Part shown: piece by piece, positions 51,381 through 64,000 of the stretch
Numbering within the stretch: position 1 is the first letter of the stretch
How the letters are laid out: the number at the start of each line of letters is the position of its first letter
Notes under the pieces: model-generated
The model's input: the letters and a program-made list of their open reading frames with translations, nothing else
Database searches by the model: none
What the model was told of the DNA's origin: nothing
Source: Octopus sinensis
Taxonomy: Eukaryota
DNA length: 64,000 nucleotides
Assembly: GCF_006345805.1 (NCBI RefSeq)
Contig: NC_043004.1
Coordinates: 57,040,001 to 57,104,000 of the forward strand
Direction of reading: 5' to 3'
Translations under genes and position numbers: made by a program

Positions 51381-52620
51381 TATTGTCCTTCCTCTTTATC
51401 TTGTTATCTGCATGTACGCTTATCATCGCCTTCTTTTAACTAACAAGGCCACCATTCTTGACGGAGTTATTTTCCTTACGTTAAACCGTTGAGGCTGGAA
51501 TTAGCTTCCTTACACACCAAATGATCCTTCGTCCTCTTTTTATTATTTTATTCTTTTACTTGTTTCAATCATTTGAGTTCGGCCATGTTGGAGCACCGCT
51601 TAAAGGGTTGTAGTTGAACAAATCGATCCCAGTACTTTGTAAGCTTAGTGCTTATTGTATCAGCTTCTTTTGCCGAATATTCAAAATCGTAACAAGTATT
51701 TCATCTTCATTTCAAAGGGGAGCTCATTTTGTAGAACCACAAGGGTGAGCGTAAGTAAAAACGCATACCATCGACTGGCTTGTTTTTCCAAGGTCCTCAA
51801 CAATTATTATTAGTTGTTCTCAATAATTATTGATGATGGTCAAAATTCAAGTTGTGCTCACAACAGGTCATAACTCTCACACCAGTTATGGTGCTTTTCC
51901 TACGCAAAATCCTGTTAAGCTACCCAGAAATCGGTTATCCGATTGGTTGGCTTAAAATAACATGTAAACCTCCATAAACCCCCACCTTTTCTGATAGCAG
52001 TCTCCGCTATCTGCATTTCTAACGCTTCAATAATTATCTCTGGGTCTAAAGCCTGCCTCATTTAGGCATTCTTAATCGCCTCTATTCTCCTCATCTTCTC
52101 CTCGTTGTCTTCATCTCCCAGGTCTCACGATACTCGCTACGCCAAAATCTCCGTTTCCAATCACCAAACCATGTCATATTTTCCGCAGATATGTCTTATA
52201 AATATATAAAAAGGTCAATAATAGCATGAATCTCACTCGTATCACTAATAAGGTCATGGCTTCTACTCTTTCTTGTATGTGTGTACGTGTATACTTCAAC
52301 ATACACACACGCATTCCTGGGAGAAAGGGAAGAAGTCGTATCCAAGGATTTGTTTAAGTCCTTCGATGCAAGAGTATGTCCGAATATATATATATATACA
52401 TACACATACATACATACATGCATAATATATACATATATATACGCACACATACACACATATATATATATATGTATATAAATATATATATATATATATATTT
52501 ATATATAGAGGGCATTATTATACATACATGCCTCACGCTAAGAGGGACATCAGTCATTTCTACCAAAAATTTTACTAATCATACCCAATGCAATTTTTCA
52601 AAGCAAGACATTTAAAAAAT

Positions 52621-52695
52621 GAATTTAGTCTTGTATCACCTGTGATTTCGCACTTACCGCAGAGTTGCGACCGTGCTCATCAGCAAGACTGATTC
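52621..52695 (-). ncRNA. Canonical type I hammerhead ribozyme (mirror copy)
   Basis: Exact reverse complement of 52884-52958; predicted cleavage between 52634 and 52633. Confidence 0.85.
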
Positions 52696-52883
52696 TGAAC
52701 ATATCATAAATAAATGACCAGTACCGTCAAAGTCGAACAGCCATCTGCTCTATTCCAACGAAGCACATGGAGAAGTTTACAAATCATACGTATGATTTGT
52801 AAACTTCTCCATGTGCTTCGTTGGAATAGAGCAGATGGCTGTTCGACTTTGACGGTACTGGTCATTTATTTATGATATGTTCA

Positions 52884-52958
52884 GAATCAGTCTTGCTGAT
52901 GAGCACGGTCGCAACTCTGCGGTAAGTGCGAAATCACAGGTGATACAAGACTAAATTC
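52884..52958 (+). ncRNA. Canonical type I hammerhead ribozyme
   Basis: GAAU-c-AGUCUUG-CUGAUGA-GCAC[ggucgca acuc ugcgguaa]GUGC-GAA-AUCA[CAGG]UGAU-A-CAAGACU-aa-AUUC: intact core, 7+4-bp stem I with an internal loop, G-C-closed stem II, AUA triplet; predicted cleavage between 52945 and 52946. Confidence 0.88.
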
Positions 52959-53206
52959 ATTTTTTAAATGTCTTGGTTGAAAAATTGCATTGGGTATGAT
53001 TAGTAAAATTTTTGGTAGAAATGACTGATGTCCCTCTTAGCGTGAGGCATGTATGTATAATAATTCCCTCTATATATAAATTAATATGTTCAATAAGAAA
53101 GAATTATTTTCGAATATTTCTCTTATGAGGTTTTTCACGCTATCTACCTGATAATTTCTTGTTAAGATTCCTTATTAAGAAGTTATCCTTAATTGTTATA
53201 TAAATA

Positions 53207-53274
<68 letters not shown>

Positions 53275-53913
53275 TTCCTCATACACACATACACACGCAC
53301 AGATACATATATACACTCGCATACACATACCCACTCATTCTACTAACGTTTGTCTTATAGTCTGAGAGAACCCCAGAAATTTCGGAGGACACGCTAAAAC
53401 GATTTCTGCGAGTCCAGTGCTCAACTGGTACTCATTTTATCGATTCCGAAAGGATGAAAGACAAATTCGATCTCGGTGGAATTTGAGGACAGAGCGTAAG
53501 ACGAAAAAAATGCCGCCAAGCACTTTCACCGGCGTGCTAGCCTTTCTGTCAGCTCGTCGATTTATCCCATATCTATTAAATCTAAGAACACTTTGCAATA
53601 TCTTTGCTAGTTGCTGCCCTTAATTTGATTATGTGTATATGAAACCCAGTATATAGCATATAGCAAGCGACAATTATAAATCAGGAACTCATTGGTCAAG
53701 TATAAAATTCTTGTCAGTTTTAGTTTCTTTAATGCAGTGATTACCTGATAACTACAACTAGCGTTTGTTAAGCTTGTCTCCGAAAAGGGTATTTTTCACT
53801 AAGAGACACCTGTTACATATATGCATGTCTGTATGTATATATGTATGCATGCAAATTTGCGTGTGTTTGTTATACTTTTGTTAAAGCTTATGAATATGTA
53901 TGTAATTATCTAC

Positions 53914-53992
<79 letters not shown>

Positions 53993-54002
53993 CCTATATA
54001 TA

Positions 54003-54053
<51 letters not shown>

Positions 54054-54193
54054 CATATACATATATATATATATATACATACATATACATATATATATAT
54101 ACACCTATATATATAATATATATATATACGTATGTGTGTGTATATATATATATATTTCTATACATAGGTAGATAGAAAGATAGATAGGTAATG

Positions 54194-54235
<42 letters not shown>

Positions 54236-54239
54236 TATA

Positions 54240-54286
<47 letters not shown>

Positions 54287-57200
54287 TGTATGTATATATA
54301 TACATATATGTGTATAAATGTATATATATGTATAAATTTATGCACGTATGAATTTATGTATACGCATAAGTACATATGCTTTATATGCAACATTTCTTCT
54401 GTGTATACATATCATAAACATATACGACAAGCAAAAGCCAGAGAGCTATGCGTCTGTGTACAGTGGAGCATAGAAATGTCGTTTGAAACTGAAATGTTTT
54501 TAACATTTTTGAATAATCGATAAATTCTGAAGATATAGTATACAAGGAAGTACACCATCTCAGCTACAGTTTAATATTGTAGTATTGACAAATATGGATA
54601 TTGCTACAGCAGTAGAAGTAAAAGCAACAGTAACATTTTTGTTACAAGCTACTTTGTACTGATCGTGTATTTAGAAAAAAACGAGCATGTTGCTATAAGG
54701 CTGTTCATATATTCATATTATTATATGTATGTATGTAAGTATATAGGTGTATGTGTATGGACGTATATGCAGGTATGTATATATGAGTTTACAATTGTAC
54801 ATGTACAGCGCATGATTTTGTATGCTTACAGATGTTCATGTGCGCGTGTGTGCGTGCGCGAGCCTGCATGATTCTATATATGTCTACGTGAGAGTACAGT
54901 CTTATGTATGTGTGTATGTATGTGTTTGTGTGTGTGCGTGTATGCGTGCATGATTGCAAACATGTGTCTATTATTGTGTATGTGTGTCTATAAGGCTGTG
55001 CATTAGCAGATCTGACAAAATGCACCGCAGCATCTCCTCTGGCAATTTACATTATGAGTTCAAATCGCTCCGAGACAAAATTTGCCTTTCATCTCTACCG
55101 AATATGTATGTATAAATATGCTGTGTACACACACACACGCGAACGCACATACACACATATTCACACACACCTGTATTTATGTGTGTAGTAGGTACAAAAG
55201 CAGGGAAAAAATTTACTAGTTTCCCCGTAGATTGAAGAAAATATGGAAAACATTAATCAGTTTTTGACCCTTATTGTTTTCCCATCAGTGTTTATCGACA
55301 TCTATATAAAGTTTCGAGTTTCAGAAAAAGCAGGTTAAAATTTCCACGGAAATGGAAATGTCATAGTGGTTAGTGTGATGGCATCTGTAGATCAATGAGT
55401 GAAGAGGTATGGGTATCGAGTGGCCCAGGGGATATGACAAAATACATGCCAGCTCCTAGCAACAGCTCTTTACGTTGCATTGTTGGGAATGGAAAATATT
55501 TTGTGCAGAGGTATGAACATTCTCCAGGACAAAGAACAAAAGTGATCGCATTGATTTTGGGTAGGAAGCAAGCTTAATTGTTGATGCACAGAAGACCTTT
55601 TTGCTGTTCCTATGGTTGACATGCCCGAGTTACAGTGTTGGTTACATTTGTTGCCAGTTACTTTGGGTTATGTTTTGTGGATCACCAAGGTTTTCGTGCT
55701 GCAACATTTGTGTAGATTTTGCAGAGGCTTAAAGTGACAATCCCAATCACTTAACTACCTGTTTCAGATGAACCAAGGTGGAATAAATATATATATTCTG
55801 GTATTCTCATTATACTGGCGAAATTTTGACATGTCACATGATTTGCAGCCCCGTAGGCTATAACGGTTGGAAATGGGTATTTGGGGAATTTTATTTGTTT
55901 TGTAATGAACATGCGGTAGTTGTATGACATGATATTTGTATAGATGATAATTTCAAGAAATTCAGTTTCTGCATTATAGCTTCTGTGTGGAATGAACATG
56001 CTGATTAGTCAAAGTTTTTTACGGTGGTTTGAACCAGAACGAAATAACTTCAGTGATTGGTGAATTACTTGATATAGATCGGTGCCATGTATGTAGGGAA
56101 TAGATTCGAAGAGATTATAGCGGTTGGAAGAATTCAAAAACTGTAGAGAAAGCCAATGCCTTTGAAAGAATTGTAGAAATATATTTTGAGACTGAGAAAC
56201 CGGTAGTTTATTAACTGGAATGAAGGTGAGAAACGTATGTGACAAGCAAATTAGAATCTACATACGTGCAGACATCACCTTTCGTAGTGATACATTGCAC
56301 AAGTTGCAGTGATTTATACTTCGTCTTAGGACGGTACATAGCTGTTGCCGCTTAGATAAGACGATGTTCCACAAAAAAGAGAAAGATAAAAGCCGTGTGG
56401 GCTTAGTGTTATTTTATTGTTGCAAAAACAGAATTGTAGACAGTATCGGGTTGCCTTCATGTAGCAGTGATCGAATACCTGGGGCCTTGTTTGAATATTA
56501 AAGAAATCTATGGTTGTATATGTATATTAAAACAAACAGTGTAATATCACTCTCCTCACAAAGATGGCAGGCTGTACATCATTTAGAAATAGTGACCCAC
56601 ATGTTGGAACAGTATAGTTTCATAAACACGCACAGTTGGCTGTACACTAACTTTGAAGAGCGCATGCATTTCCTAACACGTGTGGTAAGGAAAAGCTTCA
56701 ATCTGCAGACATTATTAGATAAAAAAGTACATTGTCAGAATTTGCTGTAGACATTATTTTATTGACTTCTTTCACGACTTGTATTGGAGACAATTAAATC
56801 AGTACTGCTTGATAGTAAACGACAAATGCTTTGATACTTCAAACAGGAAAATGAAGATAGTACAAGTGGAGAAAATTGTAATAACAACTAATATCTTGAA
56901 CGTCTATGAAGCAATATGTAGGAAGATTGAGCTGCAGTTAAAATATTAGTTAGCTATGTATTTCTAGTGTTGAATTTTACTGCATAACCCCACACTTCGC
57001 TATTCCCCATTCACAAATTGGTATTATTTCTGATGATCAATGAATTAATGTACTTCTTGAGTAACAGCTTCAGTTTCGATCATTTCGGAAATATAACCGA
57101 TTGTAAAAAAAAGAAGAAAAAAGAAAATATAGTATTATCATTCAAGAAGTGATATTGATCTAGCTTACGTGATCTTTTGCAAAACTTGTGTTGAAAACGA

Positions 57201-58099
57201 TTGAATGTATTGAACCACTTTGAACGAGATGAAACGAGAAAAGCAACGGCAAATATGGAAATCATAGACACCTGCAATTGATTAAAGAATGTGCGTATAC
57301 GTAGATATTCGGTTCACATTTGTTACAGACATAGAACTGATCCTGTGGTTCTGTATATAGTCTAGCGTATGTAATAAGGAATTACCATTCTTAGAACAGG
57401 ACACTAAAGTAAATTAAAGTACCTGAATGATTCTATTATATTTACTCCTTGATATTTGCGAAATACAGTCTATTGAGTATTCAGTTACTATATGAATTTA
57501 GCATATATCATGTTATTTTCATCTTGGACGGTAGAAATATAGTGACACCATATAATGAAAGGTATTAAACAAGGAATATCTGTGCAATGAAAGAAATATT
57601 AATTGAACGTCAAAACGAATACTATCAATAGAAAAATATTAACTGAACTTTTTAATCTAAATGAAAGCAAGGCAATGTTTTCGAAAACTGCTCTTTTGAA
57701 AGTTGAATGAAATGTTAATAGAAGTGGAAAGATATGTGCTATGAAAAATAATTAAGATCTGGTTAAGGAAGTTAACTGTAAATGAAGGGGCTATTTGTAA
57801 TTTTTTTTTGTTTATTGAATTGAAGGAAAGGGTGTATATCAATAAGAGGAAATACGATATTTATTAGTTACGTGACTAGAACATAATGGTTTTAAGTGAA
57901 TATGTTATGAGGACTTTCTCGGAATAATGAAAATAACAATAAAATATAAAGCGATTCACAAAAGAATGAAGCAAAAACTTAGAAAAAAGAAAACAAAAGC
58001 AATTAGTATATCACGATGATGGTAATTCGAATTCTCCTTCGCACATAGCAGATTTGAGGTAAGGCAGGCAAGTCAGTTACGCCGACAACAATAATTGAT

Positions 58100-58328
58100 T
58101 ATAGAAATCCGTCGGCTATCGCGGGTGTTATGTTCCAAAATACCCCCGCGATAGGTGAAAATCCGCGAATTAGAAGTAGTACAGTATTGTATATATTTAA
58201 AAAATTATTTTTATAATTTCGATATATTTATTTTATCATAAATGCAAAACAACACAACAGAGGAATCGTCGTAAGCTTAAATAATAGTCTAGGATAGGTG
58301 AATCGCGATATGGCGTGGGATTACTGTA
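58100..58328. mobile_element. Tc1/mariner (pogo/Tigger-like) MITE, decayed
   Basis: The 3' end cgcgatatggcgtgggattactgTA is an imperfect inverse of the 5' end TAtagaaatccgtcggctatcgcg; internal ccgcgataggtgaaaatccgcga; TA flanks. Confidence 0.65.
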
Positions 58329-59214
58329 ATGTTTTTTATCGACTTCTAAAGGATGAAAGACTAAATTGACGTTGGTGCGATTTAAAAGGAACGTACACAT
58401 TTTGGAAAGTTGAATCTGGTAGGATTATCATGATAATAATGAAACATTCAATCTTTGATTATATTTTGGGATTGTATAATAAATGCTTCTAATTTGCATC
58501 ACCAGCTTTATTCACAAGCGTTCTCAAGTTTTGATAGAGCATTTTTTAAAGTCTTGCTGACTATTATTTATATTGTTACTTTTCGTAACGTATATGTAAC
58601 AATTTCTTCAGCACTGGTGAATGACGGCTTCAAAATATAATGAAAACCCACACATTGTCGAATAGGAAAAAACAAACCCCAGCTACTGACAATATTTTTG
58701 TTATTTCATTGTCAAAGATTATTTAGACTATTTATTTTAAAGTTTAGATTGGTGTCTAATGCTAATTGTTTTTTGTAAGGCTCATTCATCTGCATTTTGA
58801 GTTTGGGACAAAATTATCTTATCGACTTTTCTTGACTTAAACGCTTCGAATTTAGATAAGTGTTTTCATTTTTGTCGCGTCGTATAATACGTAAGCCCTA
58901 TTTCACTTCATTATTACAAATGAATTTTGACTCGACATATCACAATGAAGAGATCAGTGAAATGAAGCATTTCAGGTAATTAATATATGTGTATGTACAC
59001 ACACACACACACACACACTACACACACACTTATATATATATATATATACACATACACACACACACACAAATATATATGGTGGTTGTCTACTCCTTATGTA
59101 GTTTTGACCACCTTCCACTACCTACACCTTAGAACTTTAGAACCATCATGGCATGTAATGTGGCTTTTTAAAACAGTCAATATACTGAAAAGACACCCAC
59201 ATAGATTGCACATC

Positions 59215-60050
59215 TAATTTGGACCATCAAGTGCTCCAGATTAGTTCTGATCTTTGTGGATCTTAAAATTTATTTTGAGCCCTCCGTTAGATTTGCAAAC
59301 CTTTAGGCATACACAGCATTCAAAGGTGTGCACAGACATATAGGCAGAAGAGTTGGTGGAAGTTCGTTTTCCATGTGTTCGCAAATGATATTTGAGCCCA
59401 GCAAAAGAAAAGCATGGTCTGTCGCAAACTGTGCACACAAAAAGATCATTGTCATTCACCTTCGCGAGCGTAACATTCTTCCTTAGATCTCTTTTGAGTC
59501 TTACATGCGTTATCCTGGCCTCTTCAAACGCTTTAATTCCACTCCACACTTTTGTTCGCCATGCAGTTCAATCCAAAGCAAGGGTTTCTACGTCTTCTGG
59601 ATCCATTCCAAGTGACTCCAGAGTAGTCCTTATGTCGTCATCTAACCTTTGTTTAGGTTTACGCCGATAGCGTTTCCCTTCTGCTACTTCACCACAAAAC
59701 AGCTGCTTCGGCATCCGTTCATCTGCCATTCGAAAAATATGCCGCACCATCTTTGGTTCCTCAAAATCATAGCTCTAATTGAGTTGATGCTCGCAGATAC
59801 AAGGACATCTGTGTTTTGAGTAAAAGAACTCCATTTAATATTTAAAATACGAAGAAGGCATTTTTGGTGGAATTGTTCTAACTAATTAAAATCCCTTTCA
59901 TAACAAGTCCATGTTTCACAAGAATACAACAGGAATAGTAAGACAAATGATGTGTAAAGAAACAGCTTTTCATTCTTATTTATATGTCGCTGGCACCAAA
60001 CGCGTGACTCCAAGGCACCAAATGCTTTTGCTACCCTTTGAATTCGCAGA
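59215..60050 (-). mobile_element. RTE (BovB-like) LINE 3' portion with C-terminal C2H2-type fingers
   Basis: HQKCLLRILNIKW, RHIFRMADERMPKQLFCGEVAEGKR, FVCTVCDRPCFSFAGLKYHLRTH, FECCVCLKVCKSNGGLK; stops and frameshifts present. Confidence 0.85.
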
Positions 60051-61357
60051 TGTATTTTTGTATCAAGATTTCCATCGTTGTGTACAATATATAATATTGT
60101 GTGTATGTGAGTGTGTGTTGAATGCCTGTCTATTTTTGGTGTGTGTGTGTTGAATGGCTGTCATATTTATTCCTCTCTTATGCTTCTATATTATATTTAT
60201 CTACAACCCGCTTCTTGTGGGCGTCAATAGATTTTTGTTTTGCTGCGCTGTTTACATATTCTATATTTAAAATTTAGAATGACCCATCGATCATTACTTC
60301 TTAGTTAAAATCCCACCCTGAGATTATAATGTACTATGGAGAAGTAAACTGTCTTTCAACACTAGTCATCTAATCCAACTAAAATCCACTAATAAATTCT
60401 CAATCAGAATGAAGTATGAAACTATTTGAGAAAAATATGAAATTGGCTAAAAATTTGTAAATATCTATAAGAATGTTATTTATGTAACTGAAAATGAAAT
60501 ATAATTTCAAAACAAGGAGCACATTAAATCTAATTACTGTAGGAATGTAAATGCTACCATTTTCGACTTCTATAATATTCCTTGATAAATAACACATTTC
60601 GACTTCTATAATATTCCTTGATAAATAACACATTTATAACAGTATTATATCATCATTTTGTAGAAAGTTAAAATACTTCAAAACATGCCGGTGAATATGA
60701 AAAGAGAAAAATAGTTTGAATTAGTTTACGGATTATTTAGAAATTGAACAATAAAATGAATCACTGATTTTTCAAGATGTATTAATTACATGAAGTTTAT
60801 CGATATAGTATTTCTGGCATATTATCATGTTAATTCAAAAGCTAAATACATTTTCATCGCCGAAAATATATTCTTTTGTGTGCATAATGTCATGTAAATC
60901 ACTTGGATATTTCAATTTCTTTTCTCAAGTTTCTATTATCCTCACGTTTATTATACCATTTACAAAACAACAAATACATTTCTCACACATACAAGCGAAG
61001 ATAGTATGCCGGCATATATAACAAGCATTGTTAAAAAGTAACAGAACGTTACGATAAAAGAATTCATGTCATATGCTGAATATCACATCAGCCTAAGCGT
61101 TAGATATGACCACAATACATATCAAAGCTCATTTAAATTACTCCTGCCCCTAACATTAAGTCAAAGTACCATATTTGTTATAATGAGTGATATGTGAGTC
61201 ATACTGCGTCGCTAAAAAGAACTACTTAGCGAATATTTTAAGTGAGGTAAGATTTCATGGGATTAATATTAGCTAATGGTAAAGAGAGGATCATGGTAGT
61301 ATACATATATACACACATACACACGCACACACATACAACTATACACATATGTATAGT

Positions 61358-61515
61358 TGCAGGTGTGGATGCGTGATAAGAACATTGCTTCCGTACCACG
61401 ATTGCAGGTTCATTCCCACTGCGCTGCAACTTGGGTAAGTGTCTTCTAATATAGCCAGGGGCAAACCAAAACCATGTGAGTAGATTTGGTAGAAGGAAAC
61501 TGAAAGAAGCCCGTC

Positions 61516-61588
<73 letters not shown>

Positions 61589-61830
61589 CGTGTGTGTGTT
61601 TGTGCATCTATATATGTATGTGTCAATGTTTACCTCCCATTCCCACTTGACAATCGGTGTTGGTGTGCTGATATCCTCGTAACTTTGCGTTTCGGCAAAG
61701 CAAAATAAGTAGAATAAGTACAAGGCTTAAAAAACAAGTCCTAGGGGCGATTTGTTCGATTAAAATCCTTTAAAGTAATGTTATATCATGATCGCAGTTA
61801 AATGACAGAAACACATAAAATAGTAAAAGA
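61358..61830 (+). mobile_element. SINE family 2, diverged
   Basis: gcaggttcattcccactgcgc...gatttggtagaaggaaactgaaagaagcccgtcg...gaataagtac. Confidence 0.8.
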
Positions 61831-62004
61831 ATACACACACACACACACACACACATATTTATATATAAGTATGTTTCTATATATATATGTATATATATAT
61901 ATTATATTTATAATTTAACCTTTAAAGGTATTTTTTGATATGCTGGCCATTGATAATTTTTTTTTCTTTCGAAAAACGTCTTATCCTATATTAGTTATAT
62001 ATAC

Positions 62005-62051
<47 letters not shown>

Positions 62052-62997
62052 CGTTTCGATCATATATTTTGTAACGATCTTTGTATTTGTCTGTGCTAAC
62101 CTTTTCGTCTGATGAAATGAACACCACATCTTATTTAAATTATGCTTAATAATTACTGAATCATACAAAAGGAGAGGGAATCCACTGTTAAAATAGGTGT
62201 CAGAAATAATTAAATTAAAAATATAAATAAAATTTGAGGATTTTTTCCTTACCCTACTTATAATGTATTTAGTTTCTCTGTAAATGTAAGTTCAAATATT
62301 GGACCTAATATAAGTGTGTAATTTTATTTACATTTTAGACATTTTGGAAAACAACGTTCATAATCTTCATCGAATATATGACAATTATGAGTGGGACAGG
62401 GCTGAATTATTTGCGCTCAGCATACAATATGTATGCGTGTGTGTGTGTTCGTGTATGTGTGTACCCAGAACACCACGCTAATAGCTTAGGAGTGAAATTT
62501 AGAATTTCTCGTTTTTGTGAATCGATTTCATATATAGTTGTTCTGAGTGCTCACCATCTGTTTGTACTGGATATAATATCTGTTATATAAAATCCGTTCT
62601 GTCTATGTGTGTCTTCTGGTATCTCGGGCATCCTCCATCCTTTTGCGCTCAAATTTTATATGTAGATACTGACGGTATCAAGACGTGTATAAGTTTTGAA
62701 AAAATTACAAAAATCGATTCCAGGTTAGAATACGATCGATAAAGCCATTTTTGTTCTGCTTTTCTTCCGTCAACCGGTACATAACTGCACCTTCCATTTT
62801 TTTTTGTTTTTGTACTGCTTAAAGGCACGTTTCTTTCCTGCCAAGCTTAATGTGTTCTCCTAGTCAACAACCTTATCATTACTGGTACATTAAACACTTC
62901 GGTTGCATATTTGTGTAAATAAAATCGTTTTTCTTTGGAATAGAAAAAAGTCTATCTTTATTTCTTCTTTTGCTGGTGTCTCAAATTTAAGTTAAAT

Positions 62998-63057
62998 CAG
63001 TGTTTCTCAAAGGGGAGGTCTATGGGACGATCAGAAAAGTTGTTTTGAGAAAATTTG
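62998..63057. mobile_element. Possible 60-bp internally deleted hAT element
   Basis: cagtgtttctcaaa / tttgagaaaatttg TIR-like ends; flanks agttaaat / atttaaat match at 7 of 8. Confidence 0.45.
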
Positions 63058-63111
63058 ATTTAAATGTTTGACAATTCAGCACCGTCTATTGGGCTAGGGG
63101 TGTTTTGCTCG

Positions 63112-63178
<67 letters not shown>

Positions 63179-63704
63179 CTTTGTTTTAGATAGAATGTTT
63201 CTTTAGGACGTCACCAACAGTAAACAACATGAAATACGAAAACAAATGAGTTCAATACGCAAACGAGAGAACAAGTAGAAAACAATTACAAAGTAAGGTG
63301 ATTAAAATCAAAATAAGCAACAAGAGATAATGCAGTACGATCGTTTCATGCAGCCCCATTTAATTGAACAATAAATATATAAATATATGTGTGTATTTCT
63401 CCTTTGTTAACAATTAAGACGGAAAAATAGATAAATAGTTACCAGGGTAACAAAAAATCTCACAAGCAAAAAGGTTGTAACCTCTTATTTTTAAAGGTAG
63501 AAACATCGGGTAGAAAAATGCAAAGGACATGTCTACTAAACATTAAATATTCACATTATAACAATTTATAAATAATTTGAATGCATAATTTCAGACTCAA
63601 AATAATTTTAATTATTATAAGAGTGACTATTTCTGTCATTTCTCTGTACATATATATATGTGTAAGTATGTGTGTGCGAGTCTGTGTGCCTGTGTGTGTG
63701 TGTT

Positions 63705-63752
<48 letters not shown>

Positions 63753-63902
63753 AATGAGGGTGAAAAATCGATATTAATTTAATAATACCATTAATTTAAC
63801 ACCAAGTGGCTTAGCACAAAAAACTACGGAGAAAATACAAATTTATACATAAATTATTAGAGAGTTATCCACTATGTGGATAACTCTAGTGCTAAAAATA
63901 GC

Positions 63903-64000
63903 TCCGAAGCAACCACAGAAGATCTGTTTCCAACTAGAATCAACATACATTTATGTATGTTGATTCTAGTTGGAAACGGATCTTCTGTGGTTGCTTCGGA
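63903..64000. repeat. Palindrome running off the window edge (at least 48-bp arms, 2-nt spacer)
   Basis: tccgaagc...caacatacat-tt-atgtatgttg...gcttcgga with one mismatch. Confidence 0.9.

Larger units (their letters stand above)
52497..53081. repeat. Near-perfect 585-bp palindrome (about 292-bp arms, no spacer)
   Basis: Centre atcatac|gtatgat at 52789/52790. Arms differ only near the outer ends (gggcatt vs gggaatt; caaagcaag vs caaccaag). Confidence 0.95.

Noticed and set aside
55400-56250. Possible decayed Penelope or other retroelement ORF on the minus strand
   Set aside because: Only vague Cys spacing; no GIY-YIG or RT motif could be read.

Overview
AT-rich, microsatellite-saturated animal genomic DNA. 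The SINE/LINE/Penelope landscape looks like a cephalopod, probably Octopus (inferred from recalled repeat families, not checked). I recognise no host protein-coding gene; most ORF-track entries are translated (TA)n/(TG)n/(TATC)n repeats. Supported content: a near full-length but frameshifted L1/Tx1-type LINE (26.27-31.59 kb), five RTE-type LINE fragments, a 5'-truncated Penelope-like element with a GIY-YIG endonuclease, three tRNA-derived SINE families, a non-autonomous Helitron, hAT and Tc1/pogo-type MITEs, and a U6 snRNA copy abutting a SINE head. The most notable signal is a set of type I hammerhead ribozyme (HHR) motifs from about six unrelated short repeat families. They usually lie next to (TA)n tracts, and three loci are fold-back structures (23.3-23.8, 36.5-36.8, 52.5-53.1 kb) with the HHRs pointing outward; the 52.9 kb HHR is fully canonical. 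A second candidate system links the Tx1 LINE to a SINE family that shares its 3' tail, forms arrays at fixed junctions in its own head, and supplies the LINE's 5' flank. All structures were read by eye; boundaries are approximate unless base-level detail is given.
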